Below are positions 38,429 through 48,454 of a stretch of DNA of 64,000 bases, piece after piece. The position numbers were made by a program, and so were the translations under genes. The stretch is from Dehalococcoidia bacterium UBA7891 (GTDB lineage Bacteria > Chloroflexota > Dehalococcoidia > Lucifugimonadales > UBA826): positions 982-64,981 of the forward strand of contig DLRJ01000072.1 in the NCBI GenBank assembly GCA_002500485.1, written 5' to 3'. The stretch's first letter is position 1. Every line of letters starts with the position of its first letter. The notes beneath the pieces were generated by a model. That model had not been told where the DNA came from. It saw only the letters and a list, made by a program, of their open reading frames with translations, and did not search any database.

Positions 38429-41400
38429 TCCGACTTCCGGACTGATATCGTGACTTGTTCTCCTTCCAATTCATAACTCTCTGAATAGCTATCATTCAAG
38501 CCTTCTCCGAATATGACTTCAGAAGCTAAAGTTTCTTGAAGTACATAGTCACTAAATTTACCCACTACCCTCGAAATTTCAGCGGACCCATTTACGAACA
38601 ATTCGATACGATCAGATATTTCTAACCCTGCAGCTCTTCTAACATTCTGGATACTGTGAACTAGTTCTCGGGCAAGCCCTTCATCTTTCAGTGAATCGGA
38701 TATTTCTGTAGATATACCTACCGCATAACCTCGATCGGTAGAGGTAGAATAACCCTCCAATTCATCGGCATTTACCAAGATATCTTCTGGGCCTAATTCA
38801 AATCCGGCAATATTTACTGCATTGCCTGCCTCAATATCAGTCCTTATGCTATCAACATCAGCCTGTTCCAACGCTTCTCTGATCGCAGCAACACTCTTAC
38901 CATATTTCGGTCCCAGAACAGGTAAGTTTGGCTGTAGCCTAAAACTAACTATTTCTGAAGCATCATCAACTGGTTTTATCTCTTTAATATTGAGCTCATC
39001 TAATATCTGATCCTCTATAAGCCCCAACATCTCTAGCTCAGTGGAATTTCTAGTTTTAACAAACAAGTCCTGCAAAGGTTGTCTTACCTTTATACCTGCT
39101 TTACTTCGAGCTGACCTACCCATACTTGATAGCTGCATGGCCAGCCTAACTCTCTCTGTCAAACCTTGATCAATCAAACTTTCATCACTAACTGGATAGT
39201 CTTCCAAATGAACACTTTCCCTACCGAAGGAGAAATGGGAAGCCAAATTCTGGTACATTTTTTCAGTAATGAAAGGTATGACAGGTGCCATTAATTTTAT
39301 TAAAGTCATCAGAACTTCATGCAATGTGGTATATGCAGAAAGTTTGTCAATATCTGGATCCTCAGCTGCTCCGGTAAGTAATCCTGATTTCCAAAACCTT
39401 CTTCGGCTTCTCCTCACATACCAGTTGGAGAGATATTCGATAAACTCTTCAACTTCTCTAGTAACCCTCTCTGGCTGAAAGTTTTCAAGGTTGTCAGTTA
39501 CTGTTTGAACTAAAATATTTAATTCACTGAGAATCCATCTATCTAATTCGGCTCGATCTGACACGTTGGGTGATTGCGCCTCAGGATCAAATTTATCAAT
39601 ATTGGCGTATGTAACGAAAAACGAATATACATTCCATAAAGGAATTAAAAATTGCCTACGTACCTCATCAGCACTACCAAACCCAAAATTCAGATTTGAA
39701 GCAGGATTTTGACCGGCGAATTGCCAACGCATCGCATCAACCCCCATTTTTTCAGCGGCATCCTCAAACCAGATAGCATTGCCCTTACTTTTATGCATTT
39801 CTTCGCCATTTGCGTCCCGCATTAACGCATAGCTAAAAATATTCTTGCAAGGTTCAGAATCGGCTAGAACTGTACTCATCGTAAGTAGGGAATAGAACCA
39901 GTTTCTGTATTGCCCAGGAAAACTCTCAGAAATCCAATCAGCTGGAAACCAATCTTTCCAATAATTTCTGTCGTGTCGGTAATTTAAAGTCGAGAAAGAA
40001 ACAATACCGGCGTCAAGCCATGGATTTCCTACGTCTGAAACACGAGACAATTTCTCCCCACAAGAAGAGCAATTAATCTTCACCGAATCTATCCAAGGTT
40101 TATGAGGTGAATTACCTTCAAATTCATCCCAGCCCTCGACAGCCCTCTCTTCCAATTCTTTCTCACTTCCAATTACGTCGAAATTACCGCATGAACATTT
40201 ATAAATTGGAAGGGCTAAACCATAGTATCTTTTCTTAGAAATCATCCAATCGTCCATATTTCTAAGCCAGTCCAATTCACGTTTCATCCCGAATTCGGGA
40301 ACCCACCGAATATTTTGAGTAACTCGAGATAGGGGCCCTCTTAGTGGGTCCATTTTTATGAACCATTCATCCACCAATCTAAAAACCAACTCTGAACCAC
40401 ATCTCCAGCAATGAGGATATCTGTGCTTGTACCGTTCTAGGCGATAAAACTTACCTTTGCTCTTTAAACTCTCATATATTTTGTCATTGACTTCATATAC
40501 ATTTAAACCGGTGAGCCAATCGAACCCTTCCACAAAATCTCCTAGATCATCCAGCGGTGCTATGGTTGGTATACCTTCCCTTTTACCCAATGCAAAGTCC
40601 TCTTTACCAGCACCCGGAGCAATATGAACAATTCCAGTACCTTCTGTTTCGGAAACTTCATCCCATGCTACAACTCTGTGTTTCACTCCTTCCTGAGCAG
40701 GCAATTCATCAAATGGACCCTCATAATTCAGTCCTACTAATTCAGAACCTTTGAGTTCAGAGACCACTTCATATTCTCCTGCCACTGAGGATATTCGAGA
40801 TTTAGCCAAATACAAATAGCCATGATCTTGCTTAACTTTCACATAATCGATGTCTTTATTTACAGCGGCAGCACAATTTGAAGATAAGGTCCAAGGAGTC
40901 GTGGTCCATATAAGGAGAGACTCCTCTGTAGTTTCCGAGTCTGAATCAAGTATCGGAAATTTAACAAACAAGCCGGGGTGTTCTATTTCTACATACCCCT
41001 CTGTAACAATTTCGTGTTCGGACAACCCTGTGCTGCATCGAGGGCACCATGGCATTACATCAGTGCCTTCATACAATAAACCTTTCTCATGACAAGTTTT
41101 CAAGAAGTGCCAAATTGTGTAATTGTTCTCATCCGACATAGTGTGATAGGAATTATCCCAGTGCATCCAATAGGCCAGTTGCTTTGATTGCTCTGATATA
41201 ACATCTGCAAATCGCTGAACCCTCTCCTTACACAACGTCACAAATTTATCTATTCCGTATCCTTCTATATCAGTTTTGGAGGTAAAACCTAATTCCTTCT
41301 CCACTTCCACTTCTATCCACAACCCTTGCCCATCAAACCCGTTTTGGTACCTTTGCCTATATCCTTGCATAGTCCTAAATCTGCTAAAAAGATCCTTGTA

Positions 41401-41592
41401 ACTCCTACCCCAAGCATGATGCACTCCCATAGGATTGTTAGCAGTTATCGGCCCATCTATGAAGGAATATCGTTTATCTGAATCTTCATTTTTTGCCATG
41501 TATTTGTCTGGTATTTGATTTTCGTTCCACCACTTCAAAATACCGGTCTCCATCTCAGGAAAATTCATTTTCGAATCTACTGCTTCAAACAT
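38425..41592 (-). CDS. ileS: isoleucine--tRNA ligase
   Basis: PITANNPMGVHHAWG (HIGH-type) and KMHKSKGN (KMSKS). The Zn-knuckle cysteines and the length of about 1055 aa fit. ATG 41592 has GGGAG 5 nt upstream and lies directly after the T-box terminator. Confidence 0.92.
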   Translation of the reverse strand: MFEAVDSKMNFPEMETGILKWWNENQIPDKYMAKNEDSDKRYSFIDGPITANNPMGVHHAWGRSYKDLFSRFRTMQGYRQRYQNGFDGQGLWIEVEVEKELGFTSKTDIEGYGIDKFVTLCKERVQRFADVISEQSKQLAYWMHWDNSYHTMSDENNYTIWHFLKTCHEKGLLYEGTDVMPWCPRCSTGLSEHEIVTEGYVEIEHPGLFVKFPILDSDSETTEESLLIWTTTPWTLSSNCAAAVNKDIDYVKVKQDHGYLYLAKSRISSVAGEYEVVSELKGSELVGLNYEGPFDELPAQEGVKHRVVAWDEVSETEGTGIVHIAPGAGKEDFALGKREGIPTIAPLDDLGDFVEGFDWLTGLNVYEVNDKIYESLKSKGKFYRLERYKHRYPHCWRCGSELVFRLVDEWFIKMDPLRGPLSRVTQNIRWVPEFGMKRELDWLRNMDDWMISKKRYYGLALPIYKCSCGNFDVIGSEKELEERAVEGWDEFEGNSPHKPWIDSVKINCSSCGEKLSRVSDVGNPWLDAGIVSFSTLNYRHDRNYWKDWFPADWISESFPGQYRNWFYSLLTMSTVLADSEPCKNIFSYALMRDANGEEMHKSKGNAIWFEDAAEKMGVDAMRWQFAGQNPASNLNFGFGSADEVRRQFLIPLWNVYSFFVTYANIDKFDPEAQSPNVSDRAELDRWILSELNILVQTVTDNLENFQPERVTREVEEFIEYLSNWYVRRSRRRFWKSGLLTGAAEDPDIDKLSAYTTLHEVLMTLIKLMAPVIPFITEKMYQNLASHFSFGRESVHLEDYPVSDESLIDQGLTERVRLAMQLSSMGRSARSKAGIKVRQPLQDLFVKTRNSTELEMLGLIEDQILDELNIKEIKPVDDASEIVSFRLQPNLPVLGPKYGKSVAAIREALEQADVDSIRTDIEAGNAVNIAGFELGPEDILVNADELEGYSTSTDRGYAVGISTEISDSLKDEGLARELVHSIQNVRRAAGLEISDRIELFVNGSAEISRVVGKFSDYVLQETLASEVIFGEGLNDSYSESYELEGEQVTISVRKSD

Positions 41593-41602
41593 ATTTACTC
41601 CC

Positions 41603-41850
41603 AAAATATAAGGCCCGCCCCAATCAAGGGACGGGCCTTAAAATAGTCCGCGGTACCACCCTAATTCCCCGTATCAGACGAGGCTCTTAGTTAAAAAGCA
41701 CCGATAACGTAGTGCAGATCCGTCATTTCCTAATCACTTATAAGTTTTCAGAATGAAACTCCGGAGTGATCTTCAAGCTAGCCGCAAGTACCCTCTCTCA
41801 GCAACCAAGGGCTCTCTGAACCGCAATCTAGTCTCTACTCGTCTCCATCA
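41603..41850 (-). promoter_or_regulatory. T-box riboswitch leader, Ile specifier (AUC), with intrinsic terminator
   Basis: Read on the minus strand. Stem I has the AGUA...GAA S-turn and an AGAGAG box. The specifier AUC-A is at 41768-41770. The T-box is AATTAGGGTGGTACCGCGG (41648-41666). The terminator AAGGCCCGTCCC-TTGATT-GGGGCGGGCCTT plus a U-tract is at 41603-41639. Confidence 0.85.
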
Positions 41851-41907
41851 AAGTTATTTATTTAGCTGCAACAAGAGTAGAAAAGAGCGTGCCTTGTGTC
41901 AAGATTT

Positions 41908-42651
41908 TCATTGAACTCTCTTTCGGCCCGTTTTCTCTTCATAGAGTTTCCAAGTATTCTCATTGAACGGGTAATACTTACCGGGAGAACAATTCTCAAT
42001 CTCCAATTGGGCTTTAACTACCTCCTCAACTTCCTCTCTTTCATGTGCTATTCTGATTACCTCTTCTACCTCAGATCTGGGAACAACAACCACACCATCG
42101 TCATCCCCTACTATCGCATCGCCAGGTCTAACCAATACTCCACCACATTGAATAGCATCGTTAACCTGCCAGGGCCAAAAATCGGCTGGTCCTTGCTTGG
42201 CAGTTGTAGCAGCCGAGTAAACCGGAAACCCATACTCCTTCAAAGCGACACTATCTCTCACTCCGCCATCCGTAACTAAGCCACCGACTTGCAGCTGCAT
42301 CAGACGCATGAATTTAATATCTCCTCCTATGGAGCTGTACTGCCAGCCCATTGCATCTATTACCAACACTTCACTTGGTCCGCAGAGTTCTATTGCAACA
42401 TATTCGGCTGATTGTTCTTTTTTCGGTTTGTCCTGAGCTATATCTGGCCTATGAGGAACAAATCTAAGCGTCACGGCTCTGCCGGCCATAGATTGGCCAA
42501 GCTGAAGAGGCTTGGCTCCTTCTACATAAGCGGAAGGCCAGCCTTTGACCCAAAGCCCATCAATTAGAGTCTGTGTAGGTATTTTCTTCAAAACTTCCAA
42601 GGTTTCATCTGCAATAGGCGTTATTTCTGTCATTTCGTTCCTCTTATTCAA
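41908..42651 (-). CDS. RraA-family protein (RraA / HMG-CHA aldolase fold)
   Basis: VIDAMG...SIGGDI..GGLVTDGGVRD...PGDAIVGDDDGVVVVP, as in the RraA-like family. Confidence 0.75.
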   Translation of the reverse strand: MNKRNEMTEITPIADETLEVLKKIPTQTLIDGLWVKGWPSAYVEGAKPLQLGQSMAGRAVTLRFVPHRPDIAQDKPKKEQSAEYVAIELCGPSEVLVIDAMGWQYSSIGGDIKFMRLMQLQVGGLVTDGGVRDSVALKEYGFPVYSAATTAKQGPADFWPWQVNDAIQCGGVLVRPGDAIVGDDDGVVVVPRSEVEEVIRIAHEREEVEEVVKAQLEIENCSPGKYYPFNENTWKLYEEKTGRKRVQ

Positions 42652-42734
42652 ATTGAATTACTATGCACCTATCTAAGCATATAATTGAGGTAACTATCTA
42701 CTTCCCAGATTTGGCCTGAAGGAGGATTATCAAA

Positions 42735-43921
42735 GTGGAAACCCTAAACACTGACATACTTGTGATTGGCGGAGGGGTAAACGGAACCAGCATAGCAATG
42801 GCATTGGTTGCGAGAAGTGCGGGGAAAATAACATTGATTGAAAAAGGCGGTCTTGCAACAGGTGCCACTGGACGATCTGGTGCAATGGTGCGAGAACACT
42901 ATTTGAATGTTGAACTCGTCAGGATGGCTTCTGATGCCAAAAATTTCTTTGAAGAATGGTCCAAGGAAATGGGATATGATCTCAAATTTCAAACTACAGG
43001 AAGGATACTGCTATTTGATGAATCTGACGCAGGCGCCGCGATAGCAAATGGCGAGATGAATAGAGCAGAAGGGGTAAATATAGAAACCTTGAGTCCCGAA
43101 AAAACAATGGGGCTTATTCCATTGGCAAACCTAGAAGACGTAAGTATCTCCCTGTACGAACCAGAGGCAGGATAAGCTGATCCTGTAGCTACCACTTATG
43201 CGTTTGCCATGGAAGCTCAAAAAAAGGCGTTGAATTATTGACCCGGACACCAGTGAAAAATCTAATCGTCAAGGGCGGGCGCATTTTAGGAGTAGAAACT
43301 GCTACTGGAAAAATAAATGCTGATGCTGTTATTAATGTGACTGGCCCTTGGGCCAATTCCTTGCTCGGCCAAAATGATGTCCCACTTCCAATCACTCCAA
43401 TTAGAGTACAAATGGTCCATCTAAGACGTCCTCCGAAACTTGAAACATTAGAGCAAATCATCATTGACTACACTTGCGGGGCTTATTACAGAACAGATGG
43501 CACACCCAACACACTTGTGGGGGGAGAAGCTCCAGAAGATATGTCGGAGATAGTGAATCCAAACACATTTGGACTCAATGCAGACCATGATTTCATAACA
43601 AGGTTTTGGAACAGGGCCACAAAGCGTTTTCCTGACTTTGTTGATGCCACCTGCAGGGGTGGATATGGATCTCTTTATGATATGACTCCGGATGGAAATC
43701 CAATCCTGGATGAATCACCAAACATTTCTGGACTTTACAATGTAGCCGGATTTAGCGGACATGGTTTTAAGTTGTCCCCAATAATTGGTGAGATGGTCGC
43801 AGATTTAGTGACAGGGCAGTCAAAAAGCTCGCACGATTACAAATTCTTCCGATCATCCAGATTCAATGAGAACTCACTAATAACGCCTGCTCGGCCATAC
43901 TCTGCGAGGGTGCATCAGTAA
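42735..43921 (+). pseudogene. FAD-dependent oxidoreductase (DAO / sarcosine-oxidase-beta-like), disrupted
   Basis: The N-terminus has DILVIGGGVNGTSIA (GxGxxG). An in-frame TAA at 43173-43175 falls within ..YEPEAG*ADPVATTYAFA... The reading frame then moves by -1 at CAAAAAAAGG (43218-43227) to continue ..AQKK/GVELLTRTPV... Confidence 0.65.
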
Positions 43922-43998
43922 ATGTTGTTATAGACAGCCAATCCCACCATAGCTATAATTTTCTGCCACGGTGGTTGTAGTTGGGGACACTTTATCAG

Positions 43999-44086
43999 GC
44001 CGAGGTGGTGGAATTGGTAGACACGCAGCGTTGAGGGCGCTGTGGCCGAATAGGCTGTAGGAGTTCGAGTCTCCTCCTCGGCACCA
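43999..44086 (+). tRNA. tRNA-Leu (anticodon GAG), CCA encoded
   Basis: Acceptor GCCGAGG/CCTCGGC, anticodon stem CAGCG/CGCTG, loop TTGAGGG, a long variable arm and T-loop TTCGAGT. Confidence 0.9.
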
Positions 44087-44101
44087 CTGAAATTTTTATT
44101 A

Positions 44102-44178
44102 GGCGACGTAGCCAAGCGGTCTAAGGCGGGGGTTTGCAAAACCTCTATTCGGCGGTTCGAATCCGCCCGTCGCCTCCA
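44102..44178 (+). tRNA. tRNA-Cys (anticodon GCA), CCA encoded
   Basis: Acceptor GGCGACG/CGTCGCC, anticodon loop TTGCAAA and T-loop TTCGAAT. Confidence 0.9.
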
Positions 44179-44236
44179 AAAAAATTCTTCATCAAGTAAG
44201 GCATCATATGCTTCAGCACCAACATGAATCCCCTAT

Positions 44237-45127
44237 TTGGATAATCCGAACTTCGTAATGCCACTGAAAGAATCCTCTGAATTAGTTCTGCTTGGAACAG
44301 GAGGCGGTCCCAAAATATGGGCAGCCCGATCTCAACCTGCAAGCGCCATATTAGTCAATGGAGATGTTTACATAATCGATGCCGGCGATGGTATCACCGG
44401 ACAATTAGCCAAATCAGGAATAGATACCAACTCCATCAAAGCGGTATTCATAACCCACAATCATTCAGACCACGTAGCTGACTATGGAACCTTACTTCTT
44501 CGGGCCTGGCAAAGCGGACATAAAGGTCCTATTGATTGTTTCGGCCCTCCGCCATTAAAAGATATGACCAATTCATATATGGCCTATATGAATTGGGACA
44601 TCAATCTTAGAATTCAACATGAAGCACGACCTGATTTCAAATCAATGATCAATGTTTTGGAGATAACACATAACTCATCCGTCTATCAAGACTCGAACGT
44701 GAAGGTAGATTGCATAAAAGTACCTCACGGAGAGGCCGATCCATCTTACTCATATCGTTTTCAAATCGATGGAAAGGTAATAGTTTTTTCTGGGGATACT
44801 TCTAAAAGCGAAGCTCTAGTAAGTTTTGCTTCAGAAGCAGACATACTTGTTCATGAAGTTCTTAATCTTGAGGGTGTGGAGGCAATTATAGAGAAAACCT
44901 ATCCCGGAAACGAAGCCTTCAGGAGTCACATAATTGAAGGCCATACAACAATGTCCGAGGTAGGAGAAATAGCCAGCCAGGCGAAGGTGAAAATTTTAGT
45001 TCTGAACCATTTTGTGCCGACCGGTTCTCCGTATTTGGACAAGGAAGAAATATGGCAAGATGGGGTACGCAAAACTTTTAACGGACAAATAATCGTGGGC
45101 ACTGATTTATTAAGGATACCTTTGTAG
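44237..45127 (+). CDS. MBL-fold metallo-hydrolase
   Basis: VLLGTGGGP..IIDAGDG..ITHNHSDHVADYG (the HxHxDH motif). The start is either TTG 44237 or ATG 44258. Confidence 0.8.
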   Translation: MDNPNFVMPLKESSELVLLGTGGGPKIWAARSQPASAILVNGDVYIIDAGDGITGQLAKSGIDTNSIKAVFITHNHSDHVADYGTLLLRAWQSGHKGPIDCFGPPPLKDMTNSYMAYMNWDINLRIQHEARPDFKSMINVLEITHNSSVYQDSNVKVDCIKVPHGEADPSYSYRFQIDGKVIVFSGDTSKSEALVSFASEADILVHEVLNLEGVEAIIEKTYPGNEAFRSHIIEGHTTMSEVGEIASQAKVKILVLNHFVPTGSPYLDKEEIWQDGVRKTFNGQIIVGTDLLRIPL

Positions 45128-45147
45128 TTCAAAGATATTGTAGAGAA

Positions 45148-46188
45148 TTAACCAGTTAGAAAAAGAGGCTTCACGTGTTCCGCCAATAGGTCCATTGTCC
45201 GGAACACAATGCTTCGATCCATTTCTCCAGTGTTAATCTTCATCATGAGATTTTTCACACCTATTTTATCCAATTCTGAAATCTGTTCTGCTACATCTCT
45301 TGGTGTGCCTGTGATAAAAATATTATCGAAGTCTTTTTTTGATATTTCTCTAGGTTTTGATAGACCTGGCGATCCGGATTTGGGGTTATATTTATCCCTA
45401 GCGACCTTGAAAAAAGTCTGTTCTCTTGTATAGCCGTCAAAGGCTATTTCTTCCGCTTCAGAACGACTTTCAGCAACCACAATGTTTTTGTTAACCCACA
45501 CTTGGTCCAAAATATCCTCCATTCCCGACTCGGTGATTTCCGTTGATTCCAACGATTTTGTAAAGACTTGAAGTCTATCTTTTATAGAATGATTATCCTG
45601 AGCTGCTATCAAAATTGGACGTCTCTTGAACCCCATTTCAATTGTGGATTCCCTGCTGATACAAGCCCGCAACAAAGGAGGGTGAGGTTTCTGTAATGGC
45701 ATCGGTCTCAGTTCCGGAAATGCGAGATCCCAATATTTACCTTTAAACTGCACAGGCTTCCCACTCCATGCCTCCAAAATAATCTCTTCAGCTTCTGAAA
45801 TGCTATCTGCAGCATCAGACATTGGAACCCCAAACCCAATATATTCATATTCATTAAAAGCCGATCCTTTACCTGTACCTAACATCATTCTTCCCTTGCT
45901 CAGATGGTCCAGCAATGCCACTTGTGCTGCCAGCCTGACCGGATGATGCAAAGCCATTTCAACTACAGCAAAACCTATAGTTACATTCTTTGTTCTCTGT
46001 GCTATTGCACCCGCGAACACCACTGGGTCAGCATAGGCAGTAGCTCCATCAAAATGGTGTTCAGATAACCAAATTGAATCAAACCCTAGAGCTTCCCATC
46101 TATCAATTTCAGTTAAAGTGTCGTCAATAACATGTCCATCATTTTTTGAATTTTGAGATATAGGGAACACCCAAGAACCGAATCGCAT
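45148..46188 (-). CDS. LLM-class (luciferase-like) flavin/F420-dependent oxidoreductase
   Basis: FDSIWLSEHHF, GRMMLGTGKG and TIM-barrel LLM architecture, in 346 aa. Confidence 0.8.
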   Translation of the reverse strand: MRFGSWVFPISQNSKNDGHVIDDTLTEIDRWEALGFDSIWLSEHHFDGATAYADPVVFAGAIAQRTKNVTIGFAVVEMALHHPVRLAAQVALLDHLSKGRMMLGTGKGSAFNEYEYIGFGVPMSDAADSISEAEEIILEAWSGKPVQFKGKYWDLAFPELRPMPLQKPHPPLLRACISRESTIEMGFKRRPILIAAQDNHSIKDRLQVFTKSLESTEITESGMEDILDQVWVNKNIVVAESRSEAEEIAFDGYTREQTFFKVARDKYNPKSGSPGLSKPREISKKDFDNIFITGTPRDVAEQISELDKIGVKNLMMKINTGEMDRSIVFRTMDLLAEHVKPLFLTG

Positions 46189-46272
46189 AAATTACACACC
46201 TTAAATAATTAATTACACATTATGAAATTACAGTCTACAGAATATTTCATCACCTAAAAGTGAATAAGGCAC

Positions 46273-46428
46273 CTAGTAACTACTATCGGCTGCACTTTTT
46301 TTGAGAATATATTTTTTTAACATAACTTCAATTTCCTTGCTTGTGTACAAGTCATCAGGACCTATCGCAATAAAATCCAGTATTTCTCCGTAAGAGTAAC
46401 TTGACCACCACCTACCTAAATTAGCCAT
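46273..46428 (-). CDS. candidate small protein (51 aa)
   Basis: An ATG preceded by GAGGA at 7 nt, with an open frame to TAG. It is the only plausible coding segment in a 312-bp gap. No homology recognised. Confidence 0.3.
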   Translation of the reverse strand: MANLGRWWSSYSYGEILDFIAIGPDDLYTSKEIEVMLKKYILKKSAADSSY

Positions 46429-46500
46429 GCCAATATCCTCTAAATATTACTTGTAGGTCGAATAAATATTTACTTGACGGTCCAACATAACAAAGGTTCA

Positions 46501-47358
46501 TCACGAGCGGGCTTGAGCCAAACCACAGACAGTTGAGGTGCCCACTCTCCCTGATCTGTCATATAACGACATAGTGCCAACAGAAACTCCTTGATCCGCT
46601 CCATGATAAGAAGTCTCCGTACCAATCCAACTCCCTATGGGAGTTCGCTGAAGGTACAAAGTTATATCCGCATTTATGTAACTCAGCCCTTTAGTACCTG
46701 AATTTGTAAATGGATTAGCAAAATCAGCCACCTGAGCTATCCTTACCAACTGGCTTGGAAGCATCCCTGATATCAGACTATATGTTTCCCGGATCCAGGC
46801 CCTTCTTACCCCTAGTTTCCTGTTCTGTGATCTATATTCGTCATATGGCTCCCCTGTGTCATCTTGCACGTTTACAGTCTGCCATATTGGTAAAGAGGCC
46901 GTACGGTCAGGACCTTTCTGAGCTACGTATGGAGGTGGCATATCTTCAGGTGGAGAGCGAATTTCCCAGGCAGTAGGAGACCATATTTCCCCATCTGGAT
47001 TCTCACTTTTCTTCAGCATAACGACACTTCCCCTGGCTATATCTATAATACCTCTCCCCTTGATGTCTGATGCAATATTTACATCGACGACCTTTATTCT
47101 CCTACCGGATCTAACGATTTGATTCGTAACAATCAAAGGTGACATAGGAGGCGGTCGGAAAAGATCAACTGTAATTCTTGAGGCCTGGAAAGTATCAACC
47201 TCATCTTCTGACAAACAATTCGTCTCAACCTCAAAAGCCACCAACCCAGACAAGACTCGCCCGTGAAGTGTTTTGGGATCCCATGGCCCTCGTGCATAAA
47301 GTGTTGGGTGATAAACATTTTTATTGTCACTATCTCGGTTAAAAAAGGCTTCATTCAT
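46501..47358 (-). CDS. thioesterase-like hotdog-fold protein (TesB-like double hotdog)
   Basis: PTLYARGPWDPKTLHGRVLSGL resembles acyl-CoA thioesterase N-domain families. ATG 47358 avoids overlap with the upstream gene. Confidence 0.55.
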   Translation of the reverse strand: MNEAFFNRDSDNKNVYHPTLYARGPWDPKTLHGRVLSGLVAFEVETNCLSEDEVDTFQASRITVDLFRPPPMSPLIVTNQIVRSGRRIKVVDVNIASDIKGRGIIDIARGSVVMLKKSENPDGEIWSPTAWEIRSPPEDMPPPYVAQKGPDRTASLPIWQTVNVQDDTGEPYDEYRSQNRKLGVRRAWIRETYSLISGMLPSQLVRIAQVADFANPFTNSGTKGLSYINADITLYLQRTPIGSWIGTETSYHGADQGVSVGTMSLYDRSGRVGTSTVCGLAQARS

Positions 47359-47362
47359 ATGG

Positions 47363-48349
47363 CTATGACACCGTCCATATTTCACAGATTTTATCTAAAG
47401 CTTCCTGTGGCAGTGGTCCTTGATTAGCATAATCTATTGCTTGCTTTAATTGATCAAAATTCGACAGTCCGATTAAAGCCGTATCGAGATTGTCATGACT
47501 AATTGCGAATCTAATAGAGGCTTCCACAAGATTATCTACGAATCCCTCTTTAAGCAGAAATTCAAAAGCGGAAGTTCTAGTAACATCTTCTTGAAACGTG
47601 GATGAAGTTGCGATGGGGGCCACGTTTTGCTGTGCGATCGGATGTCTCTTCAAACTACCTGATAGAGCTCCTCCAGCCAAAATTCTAATACCGACAGTTC
47701 CGATACCCTCTGTTGATGCTAACTTCATAAGCTCCTCATAGTTTTGATATGGAAATGTTTTCTCAAGATGGTACCCAGAAGTTGGATTGAGCATGTTGTA
47801 GCAAGTATGTATTCCACTGGGGGAATACTTAACTAATGCCTCTTTTATAGAATCTGTTTCGCCAAGTCCATTAAATCCCCAGTACCGCAATTTCCCAGAG
47901 GCAACAGCCTTTTCAAAAACCTCCACTATTAAATTTAAGTCATCCACAGAAAGAGTCCCTGAAGAAATGTTTCGTTCAGCGCCTATAGTATTATGGGTGT
48001 AAACAATATCTACTGTATTAATCCCAAGCCTTAGCAAACTATTGTCTATTTGATCTGAAATAGTTTTCGAAATATTTTCAAATTCATCACTCGCAATTCT
48101 CACTTTCGTCCCGATGAGCAAATCAGTCATGTCTAGTTCTCTTAGAATGGCTCCAGTATGAATTTCAGACAATCCGTCACCATACATACGAGCAGTATCA
48201 AAATAATTAATGCCAGAATCGATAGCGTATTCGACCGCGTCCATCATCTCTTTGTGATCACCTAAAACCATCAGTCCACCAACGGCTCCGCATCCAAAAC
48301 CTAATTGTGAAACTTGTAATTCTGTATCACCAAATCTATTAATTTTCAT
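47363..48349 (-). CDS. aldo/keto reductase
   Basis: LGFGCGAVGG..INYFDTARMYGDG..WGFNGLG..; a typical AKR TIM-barrel N-terminus with the catalytic D/Y context. Confidence 0.85.
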   Translation of the reverse strand: MKINRFGDTELQVSQLGFGCGAVGGLMVLGDHKEMMDAVEYAIDSGINYFDTARMYGDGLSEIHTGAILRELDMTDLLIGTKVRIASDEFENISKTISDQIDNSLLRLGINTVDIVYTHNTIGAERNISSGTLSVDDLNLIVEVFEKAVASGKLRYWGFNGLGETDSIKEALVKYSPSGIHTCYNMLNPTSGYHLEKTFPYQNYEELMKLASTEGIGTVGIRILAGGALSGSLKRHPIAQQNVAPIATSSTFQEDVTRTSAFEFLLKEGFVDNLVEASIRFAISHDNLDTALIGLSNFDQLKQAIDYANQGPLPQEALDKICEIWTVS

Positions 48350-48454
48350 TCTTTATTTCCCTGTCTTGCAGACCCGTTCTGTTAGGTGATTCCACATATA
48401 TTTATGTTTTTAAATATTGGAAATTTCAGCCTGATTCGTCATTTCATAGTTCTC

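Noticed and set aside
41896-42279. 127-aa plus-strand ORF
   Set aside because: It is antisense to the RraA-family gene and has no supporting motifs.
43915-44342. Two minus-strand ORFs (74 aa and 65 aa)
   Set aside because: They are open frames running through tRNA-Leu and tRNA-Cys. The tRNA cloverleaves account for the region.
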